A stretch of 19,160 bases of DNA. Origin: a virus (lineage: Duplodnaviria; Heunggongvirae; Uroviricota; Caudoviricetes). The notes below the pieces were generated by a model. It was not told where the DNA came from and searched no databases. It saw only the letters and a list, made by a program, of their open reading frames with translations. The DNA lies in the IMG/VR virus record IMGVR_UViG_648276647_000017, positions 1 to 19,160 of that record. The stretch is one strand, 5' to 3'. This document shows positions 1 through 7,324 of this stretch, in pieces. Position numbers and translations under genes: made by a program. Within the stretch, counting starts at the first letter, position 1; each line of letters opens with the position of its first letter.

Positions 1-282
1 ATTCTCCCTATTGCCCCAGCGTTCCATAATCCAGTGGATCCACTCCTCCTGCTTAGGGAAGAGTAAAAACGGAATGGTCACCGGCAGGCCATAATCAATA
101 TTACGCGGGTCCGTTGTCATGCCCCAGTCGATGATGAACTGAGCCGGATTGGTTCGGTAAAACTGCTTCAATACGGGCAATATTTCAGGATTCTGGCGAA
201 TGCGCTGTAGGCGTTCCATCCGCCATTCAAAAACCATCTGGTAATCAGGATGTTTAAAATCGAAGGGGAATGGTAACGGCAT
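1..282 (-). CDS. Terminase large subunit, N-terminal fragment (gene continues beyond the window start)
   Basis: Open minus-strand frame from ATG at 282..280 running off the window edge; my own translation begins [72 protein letters not shown]. Start lies 3 bp downstream of the terminase small subunit stop, the usual coupled small/large arrangement. Product assigned by position and resemblance to phage large terminase N-termini, not by any search. Confidence 0.5.
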   Translation of the reverse strand, partial: MPLPFPFDFKHPDYQMVFEWRMERLQRIRQNPEILPVLKQFYRTNPAQFIIDWGMTTDPRNIDYGLPVTIPFLLFPKQEEWIHWIMERWGNREN

Positions 283-284
283 AC

Positions 285-857
285 TTAGCCCATCATTTTT
301 CTATACGCCTCTGCAGCCTGCTCCGGCGTTAAGTTGGTAATTTCTGTTCTGACGGGTCCTCCATCAGCGCCAGTCACTTCATTTTTGACGTTGTCTTTAA
401 ACGCCTGAACAGAAACATGACGCCCAAGCAACTCAAGGTTTTTTACCTTATCAGGCCACTTAATCTTTTTAAGGATCCCGACCATTTCTCTGTCATCTCC
501 TCGCCCTTCAAACATTTCAGCGAGGTTAAATCCACTCAGGTACCGACGCCACGATTCCGGCCACGCAGACAGAGGCTTAATACTTAAATCGTCCTCCAGG
601 ATGTCAGCCACATCGAGCCTGTCGATCTCAACCAGTCGCATCAGCACATAATTCGCATCAATGCCCAGTTGATCAATACGCTCCTGCTTTAGCTCGTTGA
701 TGCGGGCACGTATCTCAGGTTTACCGTATAGTTCAGCCCCCGTAACATGTGCTCGCCTGGAGGCGTAGCCTGCGCGAATAGCTGCTTGTGTAGCATTAAG
801 ATCGACAAGAAACTCCCGACAAAACACCTCGTGTTTTGCTTTCAGCTCCTTAGTCAT
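285..857 (-). CDS. Phage terminase small subunit (Terminase_2 / P27-like family)
   Basis: 190-aa ORF; N-terminus [49 protein letters not shown] matches the conserved [18 protein letters not shown] signature of this family; sits directly upstream of the large terminase start. Confidence 0.85.
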   Translation of the reverse strand: MTKELKAKHEVFCREFLVDLNATQAAIRAGYASRRAHVTGAELYGKPEIRARINELKQERIDQLGIDANYVLMRLVEIDRLDVADILEDDLSIKPLSAWPESWRRYLSGFNLAEMFEGRGDDREMVGILKKIKWPDKVKNLELLGRHVSVQAFKDNVKNEVTGADGGPVRTEITNLTPEQAAEAYRKMMG

Positions 858-918
858 TTTATTTTCCAGTTATCAGGTCATTATCGAAGCCCCTCCAGGA
901 AGAGCTTCTGTAATGCTA

Positions 919-1443
919 TTACCGGGATTGTTCTATTTGTCGGACACCAGCCAACTGGTTATTCGCCTTCTCGATGGCTGCCAACAATGGGTTAATCCAC
1001 AGAACAACCTGGCAATATGTCAACGTTCTGGTGGTAGTGGCACGATCACCGGCTGAGTCAATGTCCCCGGAATCGGCGTGCAATGCGCTGGCGCGTAAAC
1101 GGTTCGCGTAGTTGAGCAACCCGACAGCAATATCAACAGGAACAGGGAAATCACAGTTCTTTTCACGGAGCAGAACCTCACGGTATTTGATGACTGTCTT
1201 CTCGTGACCGATGTCGACCAGAGAATTTAATCGGCTTGCGTTTTCTGCTATCTGGTTAAAACGATTGAAGTTTAATGCCTGATTAGCTATCACTTTCCCT
1301 TGATATTCAGCTTCACCTTCCGCTTTATCAGCCCGCAACTTTTCTGCCTGATACTTGCTGTGGTAATGGTTTGCAGACCAGACGAGCGCCCCAAAGACAG
1401 AGAAGAAAAATGCCGCGATGACAATCTTATAAGTCAGCTTCAT
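919..1443 (-). CDS. Rz: Rz-like i-spanin (inner-membrane spanin, lysis)
   Basis: 174-aa ORF immediately after the endolysin with overlapping start; N-terminal transmembrane segment (IVIAAFFFSVFGALVW) followed by a charged, helical periplasmic domain; carries an embedded +1-frame lipoprotein ORF (Rz1). Confidence 0.8.
   Translation of the reverse strand: MKLTYKIVIAAFFFSVFGALVWSANHYHSKYQAEKLRADKAEGEAEYQGKVIANQALNFNRFNQIAENASRLNSLVDIGHEKTVIKYREVLLREKNCDFPVPVDIAVGLLNYANRLRASALHADSGDIDSAGDRATTTRTLTYCQVVLWINPLLAAIEKANNQLAGVRQIEQSR
1020..1166 (-). CDS. Rz1: Rz1-like o-spanin (outer-membrane lipoprotein) embedded in the +1 frame of Rz
   Basis: Hand translation of the alternative minus-strand frame inside Rz: GTG(1166..1164) MKRTVISLFLLILLSGCSTTRTVYAPAHCTPIPGTLTQPVIVPLPPER stop (TGA at 1022..1020). 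Basic N-region, hydrophobic core, lipobox LLSG-C, proline-rich mature peptide with one Cys; GAGG about 9 nt upstream. Too short for the supplied ORF track. Confidence 0.55.
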   Translation of the reverse strand: MKRTVISLFLLILLSGCSTTRTVYAPAHCTPIPGTLTQPVIVPLPPER

Positions 1444-1903
1444 TTACCACCCCACCAGCATCTTTAAACCTGGAAATCAGGTCACCGATTTTATGTTCAT
1501 ACTGACCGTAACCTGCACCAGGTAACGACGCCCAGATATTGCTGCAACGGTCGATTGCCTGACGAATATCGCCACGGTCAATCATCGGTAAAACGCCACG
1601 CTCTTTAATCTGCTGCAGCGCCACAGCGTCCTGACTTTCTGGCGAAAAATCTTTCAGGCCAAGCTGCTTGCGGTAGGCATCCCACCAGCGTGAAAGAAGC
1701 TGATACCGGCCTGCAGCTGTTGATTTAAGCTTCGGGTTTAGCGTGACAAGTTTGCGAGGGTGATCGGAGTAATCAGTGAACAACTCACCTCCGACGATAA
1801 CGTCATAACCGTGATTACGTGTCGGTTGTCGCCCATTATCCGTTCCTTCTGACCATGCCACCATATCCAGGAAAGCTTTACGTTGGGAATTTAGTGTCTG
1901 CAT
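1427..1903 (-). CDS. R: Endolysin, lambda R-type lytic transglycosylase
   Basis: 158-aa ORF; QRKAFLDMVAWSEGTDNGRQPTRNHGYDVIVGGELFTDYSDHPRKLVTLNPKLKSTAAGRYQLLSRWWDAYRKQLGLKDFSPESQDAVALQQIKERG is near-identical in pattern to phage lambda R as I recall it, including the catalytic WSEGT region. Confidence 0.9.
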   Translation of the reverse strand: MQTLNSQRKAFLDMVAWSEGTDNGRQPTRNHGYDVIVGGELFTDYSDHPRKLVTLNPKLKSTAAGRYQLLSRWWDAYRKQLGLKDFSPESQDAVALQQIKERGVLPMIDRGDIRQAIDRCSNIWASLPGAGYGQYEHKIGDLISRFKDAGGVVNEADL

Positions 1904-1906
1904 GAA

Positions 1907-2266
1907 TTACTCCTTAGAGCCACCAAACTTGTTACCGATTACTCGCATTGCAGCCCCACGAATAGCATCGACACCGATCAGCCCAACACCACCACCAATG
2001 GCAACAGAAAGCGATTTAGGCCATCCAACATACTCAAGAGCGGATGCAAAGGTCAGCGTCAGAGCACCACAGAGCAAAATCTCAAGCGTTTTTCGTTTCC
2101 AGCCGCCGCCACCGCCAAAATAGGCAATGCGCAAGCCAGCCATAACAATTGACATAACCACTGCGCCCAACGGCGTATCTCCACGCCACCAACTTTGTAA
2201 GAGTTCCAGTAAGTCAGGCCAGGAATGAGGAGCATTGTGCATTTTCATACTTCCCACCTCCGCCAT
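1907..2266 (-). CDS. S: Class I holin, lambda S-like (three predicted TM segments); likely true start at the MKM motif (2248)
   Basis: ORF directly upstream of the endolysin; three hydrophobic segments (LGAVVMSIVMAGLRIAYF, TLEILLCGALTLTFASAL, SLSVAIGGGVGLIGV) and a charged C-terminus; internal Met-Lys-Met at residues 7-9 preceded by GGAGGTG, resembling the lambda S107/S105 dual start. The track start at 2266 has no Shine-Dalgarno. Confidence 0.7.
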   Translation of the reverse strand: MAEVGSMKMHNAPHSWPDLLELLQSWWRGDTPLGAVVMSIVMAGLRIAYFGGGGGWKRKTLEILLCGALTLTFASALEYVGWPKSLSVAIGGGVGLIGVDAIRGAAMRVIGNKFGGSKE

Positions 2267-2349
2267 TACGGGGTGTTGTTGAAAGGCGGGCCCTGCGTAT
2301 ACGCCCGTAGGATTGGGTTATGAGCCGTCCTTCGGTGGGCCCTGAATAC

Positions 2350-2372
2350 AAAAAAAGTTCGCCATAGCGAAC
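2350..2372 (-). terminator. Candidate intrinsic terminator in the late leader (tR'-like), between Q and the holin
   Basis: On the minus strand: GTTCGC-tatg-GCGAAC (6-bp perfect stem, 4-nt loop) followed immediately by TTTTTTT; about 85 bp upstream of the holin start, the position expected for the terminator that Q-modified polymerase reads through. Confidence 0.45.
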
Positions 2373-2651
2373 CCTGTTAAATTTGTTAAAAAAGGAAGTT
2401 ATTTAACATAATGTACGTTATAGGAACCACACGATCACCGCTCGCAATAGATTTGCGATGAAAGGCCTATTTAATCAACTTAAGTGGTCCAGAATGACGA
2501 AATTCGAGTGAATAAAAGGTGCATAAAAAAGGGCAAAAACTGCATAGCGTTTTTTCGCGACGAAAACCCTGTTTTATTAACTTTTACTGAGAATAGAGCA
2601 TTAAAAAAGCCCCAATGATTTGGAGCTCTTCGTTGAGGTCAGAAATTCAAC

Positions 2652-3086
2652 TCATACCAGCGTAGCGCAGTTTTTGCGTAGCGCACTAATACTTTTTTCA
2701 TCCCTTTGAATTTCGACCTCAGGATCCATCTGAAGGCTCACACCCAGCATGCAGAGACACCCCTCAATGAATCCCTCTGCTACCTGCAACTGCTGGCGGA
2801 TAAATCCTTCAGAACAGCGACGCCGCCGCCCTATCTCACGTTTGCTTAACCCGTAGACGTAGTACAGCATAATGACGTCCAGTTCCTCAGGCTTACGGAC
2901 CTGCTGCAGCCGACAGACGCAAGCATCGATAATCAGGCCATCGTCGTCACAGCAACTCAGCCTGCCAGGCGAGCTGCTGACTACCAGCCCTTTAAATCCC
3001 GCCGCTATTGGAGCCCAGCTCACTGTGGTGTTGCTATCGGCAGCCCATCCACCCCAGCGCTCTAAAACCTGTTGAATATTACGCAT
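2652..3086 (-). CDS. Q: Late-gene antitermination protein Q
   Basis: 144-aa ORF positioned between the replication gene and the lysis cassette; MRNIQQVLERWGGWAA...IAAGFKGL...CCDDDGLIID...YYVYGLS...IEGCLCM resembles the lambdoid Q family (Cys-rich zinc region, conserved ERWG and AAGFKGL). Confidence 0.8.
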   Translation of the reverse strand: MRNIQQVLERWGGWAADSNTTVSWAPIAAGFKGLVVSSSPGRLSCCDDDGLIIDACVCRLQQVRKPEELDVIMLYYVYGLSKREIGRRRRCSEGFIRQQLQVAEGFIEGCLCMLGVSLQMDPEVEIQRDEKSISALRKNCATLV

Positions 3087-3216
3087 AGCTCTGACCTCTA
3101 CGTTTTGCTACGAAAAATTTTTCTGAGAACTACGTCTGTTTATCCGTGGGTGTGGATAACGCAGTTCCGATCCGCATATTGCATGTATCAACATGCAAAA
3201 AGTTGCTAATTCGGAG

Positions 3217-3403
3217 TGGAACCACCTGCCCCCACCTGGAACCACCTTTTCCTAACCTTTCCCTCAATCGACTTATATATATATGGGGTTTCTAGTAGAA
3301 AGGCGGTTCCAGTGGTTCCAGTAGTTCCGCCCCGCTTGCCACAAGGTCTGCAAGGTGGAACCACCTTCTCTTCTAGGTGGTTCCGCGTGGTTCCAGCGGT
3401 TCC
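3217..3403. repeat. Iteron array flanking an AT-rich element; candidate origin of replication
   Basis: Nine copies of the hexamer GGAACC/GGTTCC in both orientations (3218, 3238, 3306, 3314, degenerate 3323, 3357, 3379, 3389, 3398), mostly within extended TGGAACCACC-type units, flanking the run cgacTTATATATATATGG (3269-3286). The array overlaps the 3' end of the primase gene and lies upstream of Q. Confidence 0.5.
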
Positions 3404-5559
3404 CAAACCTTGCATTTTTTCCCCCCAATTCGCCTTTGGGCACGCTTATACCCGCAATTTTGCAAAACATTACTAATTCGCATTTCTTCGCGTTTTCCGA
3501 TGCGGTCAGGATTTAGCCCAATCGCATCACGCAAAACATCACTTGCGCGTAAAAATTCGCAATTTCGCGGAAGTTCATTAGTCATCAGGTCGGGCGTGTC
3601 GAGCCATTTCTCTACCGTTTCAAGCCAAGCATCCTTGATGGTGTACTGTTCATGGACACTCGCTGCCAGTTGTTCAGCCTCACGGAACTGGATACCCCCC
3701 AGACGCTGAAACACCTCACGAGCCTCAGCCCAAAGTAAAAGAAGATCTCTTTTTATCGCTTTCACGTCGACTTTCGACACTTCCACGGGGAGCCAGCGAC
3801 GGTTACCAGTCTTGTCCGCAAGGAATTCGTCCTCATTAGTGGTACCAACGAACACCAGGCGACGAGGAAACTGGGTGGCGAACTCCCGGTATTTCGGGAT
3901 CCAGTTTTCGTGAGTACGCGTCACAAACGCTTTGATTGACTCCAGCTCTTTGGTATTAAGTCCGCGCAGTTCACCAATCTCTGCCACCAGCCGACCACGC
4001 ATTTTTCGAGCGAGATCATCGTCTTTTTCGGCAAAAGAGATTTCAGTAAAAAACGCAGGATCAGGGCTCAGTGCCTCCACTCCGGAAGACTTACCGCAGC
4101 CCTGCGGACCAACGAGGATCGGCACCATATCCGCTTTGATGCCTGGCTCCAGTACTCGCCCCGCCAACGCGGTCCACATGTACATAGACACCGCACGGGT
4201 ATAAGGCGTGTCGGCGGTACCGAAGTGCGTATGGTAGAAACATTCGATGCGCGGCACGCCATCCCACTCCAGTCCGTTCAGCCAGGTGATCGCTGAATCG
4301 AATGGTTGTTCATCGGCTGCAAGTAACACCACATCGCGAATAAGTTCACGACCAACAGGTTTAAATCCCCGCTTTTCCATCGTGATGCGCAGGCGCGCAT
4401 AATCCGCATCGGTGAAGGCCTGCCACTGGCCGGAGCCTGCCTGGGCGAACATGATTTCGTCACGGAACTGGTCAAAGCGAATATCGATGTCCACGAAGTC
4501 AGGACGCACAACGGCTTTTGCCGCGTTGCTGATGGTGGCCTCGATGCGGCCCCATTTGTCGCGCTCGAACGCCGGCAGCGGTAACGGCTCGGCCACTTCG
4601 GTGCTGGTCAGGTCTTCGAAATCGTCGTTGCGGATCCCGATGGCATTAAGGAAATCGCCGTCGTCGCGGTGCGCGCAGCTGGCGTGCAGGCACTTAAAAT
4701 GCCCCTGCTCAAAGCCCGCGGTACCGCCCGGGAAGTAAACCGTGCTCGTCGGGTCGCCGCCGGTGCTGTGGCCGTCTTCGAACGGGCAACGGATATAGCG
4801 CTCGCCGTTCGCGCCGTCCAGCAGCGTCCAGCCATTGGCATCGAGATATTCCGCCGTATCATCCGTGGCGCCGGGCGTGAAGGTTGAACGGTCGCGCATC
4901 TTCGTGCTGCCCGCTTCGGTGGTGACCGACACAGGTAACTGTTCCGCCAGTCGCTGCCACAGCGTTTCAAGCTGCTCACCAGTAATAGCCGGAGGTTCAT
5001 CCGGCAAACCGCCGTCCCATTCGATACGCGCGCCGCTGCTGTGCGTACCGCAGGCAACAAACTGCTGCCCGTTCGCCAGCAGCTCGATAATCCCCATATC
5101 GCCCGCCAGACGGTGGATGCGCTTACGGAAATCGCCGTCAACGGCCAGCAGGTACAGGCATTTGTTACTGTTGGCGCGCCAGCGACGCGGCGGCAGCTCA
5201 CCAAGCAGCTGCACCAGCGTTTTGCGAATATCGGCCTGGATATCTTCGTCTTCGCTGTCGCAGTCCAGCGCCAGCCAGCCATGGCCTGTACGCACGCAGA
5301 TGCCATAATCCGGTTCATTCGACCAGCGGGCAAAATCATGCTCAGTAACAACATGACTGGTCCATTGAGCAATACCGGTGACCTGACGGTCCCGGTTATA
5401 GCGACTTGGCGTCTTACCCAGCGCTTTCAGTTTACTGTCAGGGGATATAGTCGCACCGGGGTTACATACAACTGGGAGAAGATGAGCAGTTCGCCCCAAT
5501 ACCAGGTCGAAATGAAACCACTCATCAGGCGTAGCTCCCCATGGTTTGCTATCAGACAT
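3373..5559 (-). CDS. Bifunctional primase-polymerase / primase-helicase (PrimPol N-terminal domain plus P4-alpha/D5-like P-loop NTPase C-terminal domain)
   Basis: 728-aa ORF; Walker A motif GPQGCGKSS in the C-terminal half, N-terminal region typical of archaeo-eukaryotic-type primase-polymerases of phages and plasmids; AAGG Shine-Dalgarno 7 nt before the ATG; first replication gene downstream of the cro-like gene. Confidence 0.85.
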   Translation of the reverse strand: MSDSKPWGATPDEWFHFDLVLGRTAHLLPVVCNPGATISPDSKLKALGKTPSRYNRDRQVTGIAQWTSHVVTEHDFARWSNEPDYGICVRTGHGWLALDCDSEDEDIQADIRKTLVQLLGELPPRRWRANSNKCLYLLAVDGDFRKRIHRLAGDMGIIELLANGQQFVACGTHSSGARIEWDGGLPDEPPAITGEQLETLWQRLAEQLPVSVTTEAGSTKMRDRSTFTPGATDDTAEYLDANGWTLLDGANGERYIRCPFEDGHSTGGDPTSTVYFPGGTAGFEQGHFKCLHASCAHRDDGDFLNAIGIRNDDFEDLTSTEVAEPLPLPAFERDKWGRIEATISNAAKAVVRPDFVDIDIRFDQFRDEIMFAQAGSGQWQAFTDADYARLRITMEKRGFKPVGRELIRDVVLLAADEQPFDSAITWLNGLEWDGVPRIECFYHTHFGTADTPYTRAVSMYMWTALAGRVLEPGIKADMVPILVGPQGCGKSSGVEALSPDPAFFTEISFAEKDDDLARKMRGRLVAEIGELRGLNTKELESIKAFVTRTHENWIPKYREFATQFPRRLVFVGTTNEDEFLADKTGNRRWLPVEVSKVDVKAIKRDLLLLWAEAREVFQRLGGIQFREAEQLAASVHEQYTIKDAWLETVEKWLDTPDLMTNELPRNCEFLRASDVLRDAIGLNPDRIGKREEMRISNVLQNCGYKRAQRRIGGKKCKVWEPLEPRGTT

Positions 5560-5734
5560 GGGTTAAGCCTTTTTGTTTGACTACATTTTTTTGCTCCAAA
5601 ATCTTTTCAAGTTGAAGAGCTCTTAGCTCTGGGATTTCCTCCCCCCATTGAGATACGGCTCCTTTGGAAACCTTCAATAGTCTCGCTAGTTTCGCTTTAC
5701 TTCCTGCAAGCTCAATTGCTTCTGCTTTTTTCAT
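5552..5734 (-). CDS. Cro-like HTH regulator (Cro/CI-type, YdaS-like)
   Basis: Small ORF divergent from the CI-type repressor; helix-turn-helix region LAGSKAKLARLLKVSKGAVSQW. The track begins at a GTG (5743); the ATG at 5734 (MKKAEAIELAG...) is my preferred start. The 3' end overlaps the primase start. Confidence 0.6.
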   Translation of the reverse strand: MKKAEAIELAGSKAKLARLLKVSKGAVSQWGEEIPELRALQLEKILEQKNVVKQKGLTHV

Positions 5735-5743
5735 ACCCGTCAC

Positions 5744-5847
5744 CCAGGAAATATATGGTTATATGAGGTTAAGAAAACTAAACCCACAAGTCAAGAAAGC
5801 GATACCCTGATTAAGTTAAGCTAACTAAACTATATGAGGGTAAAACC
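5744..5847. promoter_or_regulatory. Immunity-region operator/promoter block between the divergent cro-like and CI genes
   Basis: Two copies of a 16-bp near-palindromic motif, GTTAAGAAAACTAAAC (5768-5783) and GTTAAGCTAACTAAAC (5815-5830), 14/16 identical. On the minus strand a TTGACT -35 (5794..5789) with a 17-nt spacer to TAACCT (5771..5766) overlaps the first copy, consistent with a CI-repressed cro promoter. Confidence 0.5.
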
Positions 5848-6540
5848 ATGATTAATGATCGTATTCGCGAGGCTCGTCGCAATGTCCACCTAACGCAGGA
5901 TGCGCTTGCTAAACGTATTGGTCTAACTAAAGCCACGATTTCACAATGGGAATCCGGAAACACCACACCTAACGGGAAAAATCTTATAAATCTGGCCGAA
6001 GCATTGAACGTTTCTCCAGAGTGGCTACTTTCAGGCAAAACAAGCGATACCAAAGAAATACATTCTAATGCACAAGTTGAGGGGGGGTTTTCTGTATGGG
6101 ACTCATCAACGCCATTAGAGGATGATGAAGTGGAAATACCGTTCTATCAGGAAATTGAACTATCTGCCGGTAATGGTACTTATGTTGATATAGATCGAAT
6201 GGGATGTAAGTTAAGATTCGCCCGTTCAACGTTGCGCAAAGCAGGTGTTGACGTAAATTGTGCGGCTTGTGTCAGCATCCACGGCAACAGCATGGAACCG
6301 GTATTACCAGATGGCGCTGTCGTCGGCATAGATACATCAAAAACAGGTGTAAAAGATGGTCAAATGTACGCTATAGACCAAGACGGATTACTTCGTGTCA
6401 AACTATTGTACCGTCTCCCAAGCGGACTCCGGATACGCTCTTTCAATAGGGATGAATACGCAGACGAAGAGTATTTTAATCAAGAGGCTAATAAAATCAG
6501 GATTATAGGCCAAGTATTTTGGTACTCCGTTCTGCTCTGA
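5848..6540 (+). CDS. cI: CI-type prophage repressor (N-terminal HTH_XRE, C-terminal S24 LexA-like autopeptidase)
   Basis: 230-aa ORF; HTH (LTQDALAKRIGLTKATISQWESG), candidate Ala-Gly cleavage site in ELSAGNG, catalytic Ser in GNSMEP and Lys in LRVKLL; GAGGG Shine-Dalgarno 7 nt upstream; divergent from the cro-like gene. Confidence 0.9.
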   Translation: MINDRIREARRNVHLTQDALAKRIGLTKATISQWESGNTTPNGKNLINLAEALNVSPEWLLSGKTSDTKEIHSNAQVEGGFSVWDSSTPLEDDEVEIPFYQEIELSAGNGTYVDIDRMGCKLRFARSTLRKAGVDVNCAACVSIHGNSMEPVLPDGAVVGIDTSKTGVKDGQMYAIDQDGLLRVKLLYRLPSGLRIRSFNRDEYADEEYFNQEANKIRIIGQVFWYSVLL

Positions 6541-6564
6541 GCGTAAATTCACTCTATACCACAT

Positions 6565-6591
6565 GCCCGCTTCCTAAGCGGGCTTTTCTTT
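6565..6591 (+). terminator. Intrinsic terminator downstream of the CI gene
   Basis: GCCCGCTT-cct-AAGCGGGC (perfect 8-bp stem, 3-nt loop) followed by TTTTCTTT, 25 bp after the CI stop codon. Confidence 0.65.
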
Positions 6592-6629
6592 ACCTATCCG
6601 AAAAAGTTCACTTTTCTTAACTACAACAC

Positions 6630-6685
6630 TTGACTTTGTGAGTTTAGAGGTCTTAACTATATGCGTGAAGTTAAGATATCTATAC
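6630..6685 (+). promoter_or_regulatory. Candidate CI-controlled early promoter (pL-equivalent) with two further operator-like motif copies
   Basis: TTGACT at 6630-6635 with a weak -10 (TTAACT, 6653-6658) at 17-nt spacing; operator-like copies GTTTAGAGGTCTTAAC (6642-6657) and GTTAAGATATCTATAC (6670-6685) share the GTTAAG-N4-CT(A/T)AAC pattern of the cI/cro intergenic sites. Confidence 0.3.
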
Positions 6686-6852
6686 ACAGATATTTAAACT
6701 ACAAGTCGAACGGCGCGACTCTAAACCATGCGTCGGGACCGTGGCGGGACAGGATGTCGGCAATACGGGTCAGTAAGTTCCCTTTGGGGTGCGGCGAAGC
6801 ACTGGGTCGAAGCCGCCGAACCACCAAAGTGAACTGAATGAGGAATCACAAG

Positions 6853-7047
6853 ATGCCTAAATATAAACTGGTTAATGACCTGGCTATCGGCGACAAAATT
6901 GAATTCAGTGGAAAACGGATAATGGAGGTTACCCAAAAAACTGACCGCGACCAGCATAACGTTAGCCTGACTCTAGTTAACAAACATACAGGTTCTGCGA
7001 CTAATACTTGTTTTAACCGAATGGATACCGTCGTCCTTCCCCCATAA
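6853..7047 (+). CDS. Hypothetical small protein (64 aa), stand-alone unit between the immunity region and the early operon
   Basis: ATG at 6853 (MPKYKLVNDLAIGDKIEF...) with a GAGGAA Shine-Dalgarno about 6 nt upstream; the track ORF starts earlier at 6838. Bracketed by the CI terminator upstream and a hairpin plus T-tract downstream. No family recognised. Confidence 0.45.
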   Translation: MPKYKLVNDLAIGDKIEFSGKRIMEVTQKTDRDQHNVSLTLVNKHTGSATNTCFNRMDTVVLPP

Positions 7048-7089
7048 CAATCCTCTGAATCCTCCATGTAATTGCTGTGTGTAGTCTTT

Positions 7090-7117
7090 GCCCGCCTCAA
7101 GTGACGGGCTTTTTTAT
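7090..7117 (+). terminator. Candidate intrinsic terminator after the small ORF
   Basis: GCCCGCC-tcaagt-GACGGGC (7-bp stem with one mismatch) followed by TTTTTTAT. Confidence 0.45.
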
Positions 7118-7141
7118 GTCTGAAAGCGCACTCGCAACAGC

Positions 7142-7324
7142 GTGCTCCCCGATATGAAAAAAGGAATACAACCGATGAAACCTGAACACATCCATCGACT
7201 GACGGGGCGCGATGTTCTCCGTTATCGCCGTAAAAACTTCGATTTGATGACCGGTCTGGCCGTTGCCACTGCGCTCGGTCTGATCATCACTTTCATTCTC
7301 CTTGTAGCGAGGCCCACAGTATGA
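7142..7324 (+). CDS. Hypothetical small tail-anchored membrane protein
   Basis: ORF ending in a single hydrophobic helix (LMTGLAVATALGLIITFILLV); the track start at 7142 is a GTG, alternative ATGs at 7154 and 7175, the latter with an AAGGAA Shine-Dalgarno (49-aa product); stop overlaps the start of the next gene (7321). Confidence 0.4.
   Translation: MLPDMKKGIQPMKPEHIHRLTGRDVLRYRRKNFDLMTGLAVATALGLIITFILLVARPTV

Noticed and set aside
858-918. A cos or pac packaging site between Rz and the terminase small subunit
   Set aside because: This is the expected position by analogy with lambda, but the 61-bp sequence shows no distinctive symmetry or repeat that I can point to; it needs terminase cleavage mapping.
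747-995. Plus-strand 82-aa ORF overlapping the terminase small subunit and the Rz end
   Set aside because: Antisense to two well-supported genes, low-complexity translation, no ribosome-binding site.
3217-3403. The repeat array as a possible CRISPR array
   Set aside because: Units are 6-10 bp, occur in both orientations with irregular spacing and no unique spacers; this is an iteron pattern, not CRISPR repeat-spacer structure.
3206-3476. Three short overlapping ORFs (3206-3415 minus, 3216-3476 plus, 3273-3470 minus) in the Q-primase intergenic region
   Set aside because: They are read through the iteron repeats and the alternating TA tract, have repeat-driven low-complexity translations and no ribosome-binding sites; the region is better explained as a non-coding origin.
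3377-5580. Numerous ORFs antisense to or out of frame within the primase gene (for example 4608-5372, 4835-5308, 5041-5580)
   Set aside because: They are fully contained in a long, motif-bearing coding region, and their translations are Arg/Ala/Ser-rich in the way typical of wrong-frame reads of GC-rich genes.
6721-7100. Minus-strand ORFs 6721-6957 and 6846-7100 antisense to the small plus-strand ORF
   Set aside because: No ribosome-binding site; the plus-strand ORF has a good one and flanking terminators on the plus strand; the translations look non-protein-like.
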